This document shows positions 49,201 to 61,300 of a stretch of DNA of 64,000 bases, piece after piece (position 1 is the stretch's first letter; the number at the start of each line of letters is the position of its first letter). The notes beneath the pieces are model-generated. The model saw nothing but the letters and a program-made list of their open reading frames with translations. It had not been told where the DNA came from and searched no databases. A program made the translations under genes and the position numbers. This stretch comes from Balanoglossus misakiensis (Eukaryota > Animalia > Hemichordata), in assembly GCA_040954595.2 (NCBI GenBank), contig CM082579.2, forward strand, positions 1,439,908-1,503,907, given 5' to 3'.

Positions 49201-52200
49201 CCGACTATGCAAATTTGGCCACAGATACTACGGGAATCGACGATTTATCCAAATCACACATTTTCAGGTGGTTGGTCCGTGGAAAAAGTACGCCGGCACT
49301 ATCACATGGCTGGACAAGCCATTGTAACCGTATATAGACACATGTAGATTAGATGGGATTGCATCCCTTTCATTTGCATTCCTGATAAATTGTAGTTGAC
49401 TAGACTACAGTCACTATCTCACCATGTTTAACGTGTTATATGCCATGAGCACAGTAATATCAATATGGTATTCATTTAAGGTTAAACATTTTTGCTGATA
49501 TTATGACAGTGTCACCATGTGCAATTGACATTATTATATTTATGGTAAAAAGCAAACCGAGAAATCAACCATGAAAGAATACAACGCGTTCTAAGGATTT
49601 TTTTCCAGAATTTAAAATAATCAGAAATCTGTGTGACGTGGTTACCGCTCATCAGTGATATAACAATTCAGACGAAAATACCACTATTCAGACTGATGGT
49701 TTGAAATCCTAACGATTTGAGTCCTAAAAGGTTTTCTTTGTAAATTTCATAATAATCGTGTTCCGTTTGATAAAAACGTAACCTCGTAGAATCAGTTTCA
49801 GAGTAACATATGTTCAACTTCGTTTCTTTCATGAAGTGAAAAAGCACGATAATAGCCGGACAGTATGTCGTGATTAACATCGTACAACTGGATTTTTTTA
49901 TCATATGAGGATGGTGACAAAAGTGTCTCTAGCGCACAGCAGTTGAACAACCTATATGATGACTAACTTATTAAACTCACATTTGCCAATTCGTCTGCTA
50001 TGGTGCAAACAGAAATCTACGACCAGGCATGGCAACCTTTGTCGATTAAAGATCAACTAAAGACTTATCCACCTTGTCAAGAATAACACAGACCCTTCTA
50101 TTCATTGCTGTAGTCAAGCTTGTAATTATGTAGAATTATTTGAAAAATCAAAAGAAGCTAAAGCATGTTCCCACTGGGTTCACACAAAGCAGAGAAACTA
50201 GTCTGAATTAGAATAATTCGGATTTTGGTAAAGTTAAGATAATCTTGTTATCAAATCCCAGAAAATGCATGGTGACGGCTATCTTTGAATATTATCTTTT
50301 AACAGAAATGTGCAATATGTACCTGATGGGGAAAATTAAGAGTGAAAGTCTGAGAATTTGATCTCCTAGAAATGTGCGAAAAAAGCTTTCAAAGAATTGT
50401 CTGGAATGTTGAGGGAATCTCTTATTGCATTAAAATACCCTTATTAGATCACGTTGATTCGAATTGTTAATCGGATCAGCTAGATTACTGGCCTGATTGG
50501 ATTTCAATTAAACCCTGCCAGCCACAATTTCCGTCAAATGCATATCATTGTTTCCGTCGATGATATGGAAATTGGGGAAGGGTGACCCCGTTTTCGTCGG
50601 ACAACATCTGAGTTTCAGAAACATGTGGACACATACAGCTTACCAGGTGATAAGCCCCTACATTATGTTTTGACCACAGCAGTTGTACCTTTGCATGAAT
50701 GACATGTTTAATACCTGCATTCTAACACATACCAACGGACGACAATCACCATGACTAATCTATATGTTCCATGTCGCAATTTAAGGTCAGCTGATCAGTT
50801 CAAACTCTGCCCTGTTCGATCACGCACCAAGAGTTATGGTGATCGCGCTTTTACTGTTGCTGCTCCAATTCTTTGGAATAATCTTCCACTCACCATTCGC
50901 CAGGCACCAGACTTATCTGTTTTTAAATCAAATGTTAAAACTTTACTTTTTAAATCTGTTTTTTAGCCATTTGTTGTATTGTACTTTTGCTTTAAGCGTC
51001 ATTGATCACATTTTTTTGTGGATACTGACGCTATACAAATAAATTATTATTATTATTATTATTATTTAATTTCAAATCGTAAACTTTGACCGATTGTCCC
51101 TAATATGACAATGTCGTCTGTTCCAACACCCTTTTATCTCCACAAAACAGATGTCTGGATTTTTGTCACAGCTTGTTGCGAATATTCAGAAATTCGTAAA
51201 TGTATGAACATAAAATTCAATATGGCCGACATGTATCATGTGATGTCTGCCCACCCACCCCCTCCAGCATGGCCCTCACCAGTTACCTGAGATGCACATC
51301 ACGTACATGGCCTTATTGATCTTTGAATGGACTTTTTATGCTCATACAACCGCGGAAAAGAGACACCGGTAGAAAGCTTTTTAACGACAACTTGAACTCG
51401 TGTATGGAATTTAGGGCTTTCCGGTAAAGTATTGATAAACCGCAGCTGGGGAGAAGATATGCAAATTGTTGTCCGGTTCGGCAGATACTGAGCACAAAGT
51501 GTGCACTTCGCCTGTAAGTAGCGACAACTGGTACAATTAAGCAAAGTTATGGCGCAAAGTTACAGCTAATGCCCCCTTTTAAATCTTACAAAGACACACA
51601 AAACATAAATACAACTACATTGTATTCATGAACGACTTTATGGTTCCTACGTCATTGACATACTAGCCAAATAATGTTTAATTGTGTGTGTTTTGAATAA
51701 TTTTCCGACACTTTACGACATCGGCCTTCAGTGAGTGCTCCCTCGGTCGACCTTCGACTCAAAATGACTAAAACCACACAGCGATATAAAATATTTTATG
51801 CCCTGATAGACACGCTAGAAACTGTTAGAACGATGACAATAAACGTGATTTTAAAGACGAAACATCTGTCATCGGCGCAGAAAATATTAACTGGGGATAA
51901 TAGACTTGTACTCCAGCTACTGAGAAGCTACAGAAATGTTCTTTGTAATTGGCCATCAGGACTCAGGGATTTGAGTAATACCCGGTATATCTCCTCGCCC
52001 AAGGGCATGTCACGACCCTCAAATGATAAATCAAACGAAGTCTGATTTCTGTGCCGTTACAGAAGAAGCCGGCCTAGAGCACTGTCGTAGCGAACCGTGT
52101 CTGTCTACAGACTCTCAAATATATTCTGTTTGTTGTCATAGTCGTTCCGACTCTTCGGAAATTTCGATTTTAATTATGTGAAATAGTTGTCTTCTTTCGT

Positions 52201-55200
52201 GGTGTTTGTGATAATTACGTGTGAGTGATGAACACACATTTTGATTCGAGCTTTGACTTTTGCCTGCGGTTAGGAAATCCTTATGAATTGAATCAAAGGT
52301 TTACTTTCATCTTGGGGTCTGAACATGTAAGAGAGCTCACTGTGGGAAACGATGGGGTCGGGGAAGTCATGACGCTGTCCCCAAGGCATTCTCTTAGTGT
52401 CTCTCCCTAACCCAGATGTGGAAGATACATCACAAATGAGATATATTCTTCTATGTACATATCTTTCAGTGGAACAGAGTTTGCTATATACTGACATGAT
52501 TACCGGGTTCACATCTACATATACCTATCTAGACTACCTGTTTCATATTTGAATCACGTTTCCACAATTTTCCCTTCCTTCCCATGATAGTGCACATTTC
52601 ATTAGTTGAGTGATGGCCGTGAAGGCAGAACAAAATGGCGCAAAACTGCAAATCCATCAAAATAGTTTTAACTTGAATAAATGCCAGGTTGCCAGTCTGC
52701 AGTCGGGGTAACGCATTGCAAAGGCACGAGACGAGACGTGAAAGTATGGACCACATTATTACAAGTTTCATTCTTGTGGCTACACACGTTCGAACAGAAA
52801 CAACCTGGTGGATTGAGTACCAGGCTTTGAGTGGTTTGATTGCAGCTTTACAATTTGAACAAAGCACGTGACAAATACACTAATGACTGGTGATATGCTC
52901 TGATATGCGGTTAACATCTGGATTAATTCTTTCCTTTTCCTTTTCAGGGATTGTCTATTGCGACAGAAACGCCACTGTCGTCAGACACTCGGTCGGCAAA
53001 GCCCTGGAGTACGTGAACAACGATAACGAAACTTTGAAAGATGTGACGTTAATAGGCTTACAGAAATACTTTGATTCATACCCACTTCTTACGCGCGCAA
53101 TAAGCGGTAAGTGAATGATGCAAATTACGTGCCTTAATTTGTACCAAACGATCCTTGATTGTAATCGTCAATGACAACGCCGCTTTGCTACTTCTCATTA
53201 CAATATCGGAAGAACTTTTGTGTAATTTTCAAATTGGTTAATGGAACGGATTTAATTAATGATTTTAAATAGTTAAGAGATGTCCAGTGGTATAAAATGT
53301 AATACGATCTTCCATTACTTTCTGATCGAACCGCGCGGAAAATTCCATTGGTTGTATTCTGCAAGTATTATAAGATCGCTTACTGAAGCTAACTATCACG
53401 CGATATCCTCCAACTAAATTCAAAGATCATGGCCGTTTTTTTATCTTCCAGCTTGTGATTTGGTTTCTGATAATGTCGCCGCCATTATGGTCAGTGATTC
53501 CTGCAAGTCACATCTGAAAGACATATTCTACATAACCAATACACTTGAAATTCCAACCATCATCGTCGACCACTTCTTCATCGATGACATAGCAACGCCA
53601 TACACCATCAGCATGTTTCCAAGTCAACGACTCTTCACGCACGCGCTGACGGATGTATTGACGTACTACGCCTGGAAAGAATTCGTCATTATCTATGACG
53701 ACATTCTGGGTAAGGCCACGTTCGTTGTTTTTACAATGTTCGCCACTGTTTTGCTTTGGAAAGAACGGCTACTGTTCTTGGTAAAAACCAACCAACGAGG
53801 AAAATAATGAATCAAGGCGAGATTACGGTTTAAATATTCCCTCAGAACAAGATGGCGTCTCCGCAGGTTTACATGTGAGATACCGTCTTGTCCGGGGAGT
53901 TATATAACTGTAATCGCGGCAGAATGCAAGTTTGGAAGAACATCTGAATGCATTCACTTTGACCGGCATAAAAGCATGCACGCAATCAACAGGTGGTGTT
54001 TCCAGTCACGTGACTATAGTCCTCTCACGTATCAACTCTTTGTTCTGCTCAGTACGACTGGTCTGTGATTCACACAGAAATGTTGGTTCTCCCAACTTTT
54101 CAATTCTTTGTTGCTCTGAGGTATTTGAAGAGTCGTTTTGAAAACAAAGAAGAAAACAAAGTATTCACTATCTTGTTCATACAAATCACTATTTCAATCT
54201 TCTCCATGCATGATAATTATGGTAATTAGATCCGTCGTATTTTGGTAATCAGACATTTCCATCTCACGCTCGTTGATTCCTTCCGTCATTCGACATTTCC
54301 GTATGCCAGGGTAAATTTGAGCGATTTCCTGGGGGTGCAGTGCCAAAAACACACCGCCAATGCAACGGGAAATTTTGACAATTTGCATGCCCTTTGAAAA
54401 CAGAGGAAAAACATACACTAAGCTGACCTTTTATGTAGTCATCCGCCAGCAACTGCAGTAAGGATCATTATATCTATCAGCAGCGCAGAATTGGCTTAGA
54501 GGATCAATTTGTATTTCCTCTACTGATAGACCATCACTCGGGGATAGATGTATGATGTCAACACTGATACAAATCATTCCCGAAAGGTGCAATTTGGAAT
54601 CAGTGGGAGTAGAATAATATGATGCCTTGCGAAAGTCAAAATTCTTAAAGAAGCCGCGTTGCCGCCACCAGGGTTTTAAAGAGCGCGCACAACTTAATAA
54701 AGCTCCAATTGCCAAGATTTGTTAATCAGACACATGGCATATATGCCTTGCCTCTGGCGTGTATTTGTTTTCCTCTGTTTGGGTCACGCATCAACCTTTG
54801 AATAGAGTCCCTCAAAAATGGACTGTACTTTGAAGGTGCGATGATACAGATAATAGTGAGAAAAAATGCCTCTTTACTATAGAGCCAAGGGAAACCAATG
54901 TTAAACGCGAGAAGAGCAACACATTTCCTTAATGGAGTTGTGTGTTTTTCCCTTCCAGGGTTCAGAGATCTGGAATACTTTTTCATGGCATCTGGACGCG
55001 AGAGTTGGAAAATAAAAGTGAAGAAAGTTTCTGTGAAGGCAATGGGAGAGTCGGTCCTCATGGGGGTCTTGCAGGATGTCCGAAGTTCAGGAATCCGGCA
55101 GATCATCGCCCATTGCCACCAGAGCACCATACCACTCGTTCTCCGATATGTGAGTATATTTCAGTGCCTGTCGCTGTGGCAATCAGCGCCATAATGTAAA

Positions 55201-58200
55201 AATACACTTATGAGCTGCTGAGCTATCCATTGAAATAGTTCGATTTAAGACACAAAGCATCGCGGTGAAGGAGGCAGACTGATACACTGACAACAACGGA
55301 AAGAAAGCACGAACAACCTATCAGCTTTTTGTCATAAAAAAGCTTCATGCAATTTCTCTTGACAGGCTATGCGACTCGCAATGGTAAATATTCGCTACAG
55401 CTGGATATTTACTGATTTGGTGAGTACAATTTAATTTTTTTGGATCATTTGCGTAGAGGGCGACATCCTTTTATGGCATTCAGCGTCAAGATGGCGTCTG
55501 ATTTTTGCACTTTTCTTGTATTCCCATACAGCAAGCCTCGTTCACGGACATAGAAGAAGTCCAGTACACTCAAGTGAATTTGACGATGTTCTCCCTTGGC
55601 CAGGCCATCTACAACAACAAGGCTCCTTACAATATTCCCGGAAATTGGCTGGAGAATCTGAACGCAGAGAACGGCTTACAAGAATTGCTCGTTTATGATG
55701 CCATCCGATCGCTGGCCCAGGCTCTGGAAAACATGGTCAAAGACGGAAGAACACTTCGTATGCAGACAAAAAAGTGTGCGGGAAAGGAGATTGAAGTCGT
55801 CGACAACGGTGCCAAAATTATGAAATACTTCAAAGAGGTAATTTTAAAACTTCAGTTTCTAATACTTAACCTAGCTCCCTCAAGAGAACCCCAGTATCAG
55901 CTTATAACTGGTGAATACAATTTGGTTCTCGCAGGTGCAGTTTGAAGGTTTGACCGGCGTTGTTAATTTCACCCAGAATGCAACGCGCGATGACATCGAA
56001 CTGACCGTACTTGGGATGAATGACCAAGGTCTGAAGGCGGTAAGTGTTTTGGTAGTATTCCTTCTTGGATCAGAGAATCAAATGATCTCAAATGTTCCAT
56101 TATATGTACGTACCATCATTCAAAATGGCTGCTAAATCGCTGAACGATGACCCGATGTGTCATTTTGCCTTAATGAGAAACTGGATTTTCTTGCATCGAC
56201 AGATGGGAACCTGGACCAAAGACACAGATCCCTTGCGCCTGCGCTCTTCGCGCCGCAATGGAACCTTCATCTTCGGTACTCGGCCTTTACGGGTGACAAC
56301 AATCATAGTAAGTCGCGGGAAAACTTCAGTTGAAACTTCATCTTGCAGGCGGCATACATGTAAAATGGCGTTATATAGTTTCACGAAGTGTTGACTCTGG
56401 ACCGCCTTTCCAATTCTGCTGGTCAGAGCACATTTGTTGGTAATGTCTTCTGTCATTTGCATGAACATCTATCTGTACGCACAAAATATCAGGCCTATGT
56501 ATAGTGATTTACTTGAATAACGCACGAGCTTTTCATAGGATTACACCCTCACAAAGTCTTCGTCAACTTCCCTCCAGGAGGAACCGTTCATAATGGAAAA
56601 ACACAATGCTGACGAGAAGGGACTGACTGGGGCCGATCGTTATGAGGGCTACTGTATCGACATGCTCGAGAGGCTTTCCGAAATGATGAACTTTAAGTTC
56701 CACTTAGAGTTGGTCAAAGACGGAAAATTCGGTTCCAGGGACGACAAGGGAGAATGGAATGGCATGGTCCGAGAACTTCAAGATTACGTAAGTACCGCTA
56801 TGCGTGTCGGGAGTAAAGCACACTAGGTTTAAAGTGTAAGTGAATTTTTCGCATCAAGTTGAATTATTTCAACAAAATCAAAATATAAAGTTATTGAACT
56901 ATTCAGCAACTGTTTGTGCCTAACACGCCTTTCTGTCCATGTTTACATGTTGATACGTTGCATTACCAAAAGAAGGCGGACCTGGCCGTGGCTCCGTTGA
57001 CCATCAGTTCTGAACGGGAAGAGGCGATCGACTTCACCAAACCTTACATGACCCTCGGGATCAGCATTCTGATCAAGAAACCAGGCGAGGCCAAACCAGG
57101 ATACTTTGCCTTCTTGCAGCCGCTCAGTAACATCGTTTGGCTTTCTGTCACCGCGACGTACTTGTCCGTCAGTTTCGTACTCTTCGCTATCAACAGGACT
57201 AGTCCGTTTGAGTGGAAACGTATGGCGGACAGGGGAATCCTTGCCAAAGCCGACGCGGGAAATCTGGATTTCTCAAACAGTCTGTGGTGGTGTTTTGGAT
57301 CCTTCATGCAGCAAGGCGTCGACTACTCCCCAAAGTCAACGGCCGCCAGAGTTGTAGGCGGCTCGTGGTGGTTGTTCACTCTCTTCCTTGTGACGTCATA
57401 CACGGCCAACATGGCGGCGTTTTTGACGATTACCAGACTGGACGCCCCGATTCGTGGCGTAGAAGACTTAACAACCCAAACAAAAGTTGTTTATGGTACA
57501 GTTGTGAACAGTCAACCGCTGTCTTTCTTTTCGACTTCAAACAACGATTTATACAAACAAATGTTTGCGTATATGGACTCCACTCCAGGAGCAATTGTTG
57601 AGAGCACAGCGGCGGGCGTTGAACGCGTGCGAAAAGGTGGCTACGCGTTTCTGTGGGACTCTACAGTCAACGAATATTTGGTGCAAAAGCAACCGTGTGA
57701 CGTGATGACTGTAGGTAGCACCTTTGATCTGAAAGGTTACGGCATCGGGCTTCCGATGGGGGCGCCCTACCGTGACGATTTCACCATCGCTGTGCTGAAG
57801 CTCCGAGAAGAAGGTGAGATTTTACGAGATTTGAAAATACAAACCCGTAATTAAAAGTTTTGCAATAAACTTTTTTCTTATAGAAAACTTTTTGAACAAC
57901 TCAGATTATGGGCGATAAGAACTTTTCTTCCTCATGTTTAATCATACAACGGTTCTTTTTACTCAGGATTTCTTGAAAACATACAAAAGAAATGGTGGAC
58001 GGAGCGAGGCGACTGTCCAAAAACAGAAATGATTGGCACAAGTGACATCCCCACACAGCTTGGATTTGACCAGTTTGCGGGGATGTTTTGTGTGGTCGGC
58101 GCGGGCGCTGGACTTGGGCTACTGACGTCACTCATGGAAAATTTAGTTTTCGTCAGACGAAACCAAGTCAAAAAGAAGAGGAGGCGGAAGGCGGCACAGG

Positions 58201-58387
58201 TGAGGAGAGAAATTTGTTTGTTGAAGATTGACCAAAAAGACCTGCAATAACCTCTATCCCAAATCACAATTCCTGTCTTTACTTTTTTTTCAAAAACATC
58301 TTTGTTCCGCAGTGTGATAGCCAGAGACACTATAAAATGTGCCGAAGTGAATCACTACTCCCTTCAGCGTCACGAGAAGAAATCTAA
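28178..58387 (+). CDS. Ionotropic glutamate receptor family subunit (non-NMDA architecture; Epsilon-like signatures), 882 aa, 12 coding exons
   Basis: Exons 28178-28289, 52948-53106, 53452-53709, 54959-55149, 55366-55419, 55532-55837, 55935-56039, 56203-56307, 56578-56787, 56973-57813, 57967-58199 and 58313-58387 are all GT-AG and in phase, totalling 2649 nt. The protein has an ATD (FEGLTGVVNF), S1 (EEPF, YEGYCIDML, DGKFG, WNGMVREL, ADLAVAPLTISSERE), M1, pore SFMQQG, M3 SYTANMAAFLT, S2 (FLWDSTVNEY, KGYGIG, KWW..RGDC), M4 and a short tail. AATAAA at 58386-58391 and 59131-59136. Confidence 0.92.
31250..31267. repeat. (GACA)n microsatellite
   Basis: Short tandem GACA run with degenerate copies nearby. 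Confidence 0.6.
36788..37238. mobile_element. Probable non-autonomous DNA element with a long terminal hairpin and offset inverted repeats, in iGluR intron 1
   Basis: A 32-bp perfect inverted repeat (36788-36819/36885-36916) encloses further paired 12-bp and 7-bp arms. A second 12-bp IR TATTATACATCT/AGATGTATAATA (36920-36931/37227-37238) brackets about 300 bp of GC-richer sequence containing a 15-bp direct repeat. Confidence 0.6.
50751..51066 (+). mobile_element. 5'-truncated LINE (L2/CR1-group-like) 3' end
   Basis: The ORF remnant RNLRS...RTKSYGDRAFTVAAPILWNNLPLTIR...SVFKSNVKTLLFK is typical of the ORF2 C-terminus of L2/Crack-type LINEs. It is followed by a short 3' UTR, AATAAA and an (ATT)n tail. 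Confidence 0.85.
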
Positions 58388-61300
58388 TAAACTGTGATTA
58401 ACATCCCAACTCTCGCGAGATCTAGTGAGTCCTTAAAAGTCTAGCTACTAATCGATGTGCTATAAAGCGTTATTTTAAAATGCACATAGTCAGTGTTGCA
58501 TATATAGCATAGAATTCCAGGAGGGGAGATTTCGTCAATGAGAATTTGAAACAAAATGTCGGTCATAAGTGTTTGTTAGTTGACCTCATTTTTTCTCATT
58601 TTCGAAGTCTCATCCTCTTTCTATTCGCAAAATGCACTGCACAATATGTCAACGCTTCATAATTGACACACATCACATTGGAAATCAATTCCCAGGTGTT
58701 ATTTGCGGAAGACTGAATGACGCAGCACTCACTGCATGCAAATTGCGAGATCGAGATCGGAGTTCAGTGTTTGCATGACTAATGGGGGCGCTAGATAATG
58801 GTATGATGTCAAAAGTTGATCAATAATATTTGTTTCTGTGAACAAAAATGCTGATACTTTCACAACCACGATGTGTTCCAAAAGAACACATTTCTCAACA
58901 ACTGTCCCTTGAAAACTTTGACTCAAAAGTTTAATACACCCGTTACATAGAGTCTTTAAAAAATTGAACCCTTTGTAGGTGTTGAATGTCTTTTTGGCTT
59001 GCATGCCTTTTAGCTAATAAGCTGGGAGAGCGAATTTGTTATGTCGCTATAAATGCAAATCTTCTCCAATATGCGCTACAATAACATGTCTCCAGGAAGA
59101 CCCCATTAATCGGTTTGAAAGTTTAAGTTCAATAAATATGCAGCTGATTCAAATTGTTTCCCAATATTCTATTTCCCGAAACGAAGAACAAAATACGAAC
59201 AAGGGATGACACATCGGCACAGTGTAGACTCTTACCTAGCTCGAAATCAAAGACGTTTTCTTTCAAATCTGGCTAGAGTACAACTTTCTTTTGCGAGGCT
59301 AATTAAATTGTATACTGTTTTTATATTACAACAGAAACAAGGGTTACCTTACAACGGCGTGCGATACGGATCAAGACTGGCCGAGTTTGATCCCGTGGAC
59401 GATAGGGTATCCACCGTGTGACGTAGACAAACGTGTGATTCCCGCGAGATTTGACGAGAACATTGCCACGACAGGATCAATCTGCAGAAGCTTGCGATTC
59501 GAAAAGCAATACATGTACTTTATGATGGCACAACGGGGATAATTACCTTGGATGTAAACGACTCAAGAAAAAAATATTCCTATCGAACGCTTCTTCGCAG
59601 ACACAATGTCACATTCAAAGTCGTGTGAACATTACTGTTGAGGCATTTTCCAATACCATCCAATGGTAACTTGTACGTCTTTATATATATTTGACAAATT
59701 TGCCAAAGAGCCGCACCTGATGACGTCATCAGTAGTGTGGAGATGAAGGGAGCAAGTCGCTGTTGGTCTTCCAACTGTCTTTGAACGAATTTTGTTTTAT
59801 TGCTTGATAAATGTTGAATGTTAATAATTTTTCATAAAAGGTATTGATTATTTAATAAGCAAACCTTTACGCTTTTTTTGATGTCGACATCTTAGTGTCG
59901 AAAAAACTTTTCGCTTGAAAATCAAACGGACTGAGAGGGCGTGCTGTATGGCTACCTAAGAAAAGTGTAGTACAGAACTGTGATTTGAAAAATTGTGTTA
60001 GTTATTATCGATCAAGTTCGATCGGATGTGTCGATCAAATTGACGCATCCTTAACTAACCGAAACAAACGTCCGTGCCGGTCGCGAGAACAGTGCAGACC
60101 TGCTTGAGCGATATTTTATTTTTATTGATTCAATTAGTTATACTCAGTCTGTTTCATTTGTTGTTAGGTGTATAACTGAACCTCTATGACTGCGGTAAAG
60201 CTGTCGTATATTTTTAAGTTATCATGGTCAGTCAGAAAGTTAGGAAATTCTATTTAGTAAAATTTTAAAAAAATCAATTATTCATGGCGATATTTTATGG
60301 TCAGTTTGACTAAAAAAACGCCTTGCCAACTGAAAAATATTTAATAAAACATGGCTGAACGATTTAGTAACAATCAGCTGGTTAGAAATGCAGTTTAAAT
60401 CAACATCGATGAGACTGACTCATTGGGTCAATCTGGATATCGGTGCAAATTCCGCTTGTTCACGCACATAAGAGTTCGCCAAACAGAAATTGAGAATCCA
60501 TCAAGTATTTTTGTGATAATACTTCAGTTTGGCACTTTGAGTTTTATAGTAAGAGTTAGTTCGGGTATTTGAGGGATGTATTATGGGGAAGCTCATTAAA
60601 AATCATGCATGCTGAATATAATAATATTATAAATAGGTAAGTTATAAGAAGTTACGTCCTACAGCGCGGTGCGCAACGGACAATTCGACCCGGGAGAAAC
60701 TGGTAAATGGAAAGTCTTAGGACGCACATTTTTCATATGAGAAAGATTTAAGAGAAAGATAATCCCAATTATCCCATTGGTCTGACCAATTATCTATTCT
60801 GTCGTGGATGCACAAAATAATCCATTTTAATAACCAGACATTAAAGTACATTTTTCGTTGATTTTTACTTCACGAATTCACAAAAAGGTTCAATTTTCCC
60901 CACATCTAGTTGAGCCGATGCACTTTCGACACTTAGGAAGTTCTTTAATGGGTATGCCATTTATCCCATTACGCGAGACACCAACAGGATTGGTGTAATT
61001 GACGCGGGAAATTAATATACTTGAGACTTCCGACACATACGTGCACAGTACACATGACGATGTTTTTCAATGAACACGACTTTTACTTTTCATTGACGAA
61101 GCTATACAGTATTTCTGTTATTCTGCATGATTCCTTCTAGTGTAAAGCTCAGCTTTTAAAACATTTCTATGTTTATTCTGACCATCAGAGGTTTATTTTT
61201 TCTGGAGGGGTGATTTATTAACATCGATGAATATTGGGATATTTATATGGCTAGCACAGTGATAACTAAAGAATAAACTTTTCAAAATTTTACAGAGATG

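Noticed and set aside
57212-57601. Overlapping alternate-frame and antisense ORFs within the iGluR core exon
   Set aside because: Shadow ORFs of a GC-richer coding exon with no independent protein features.
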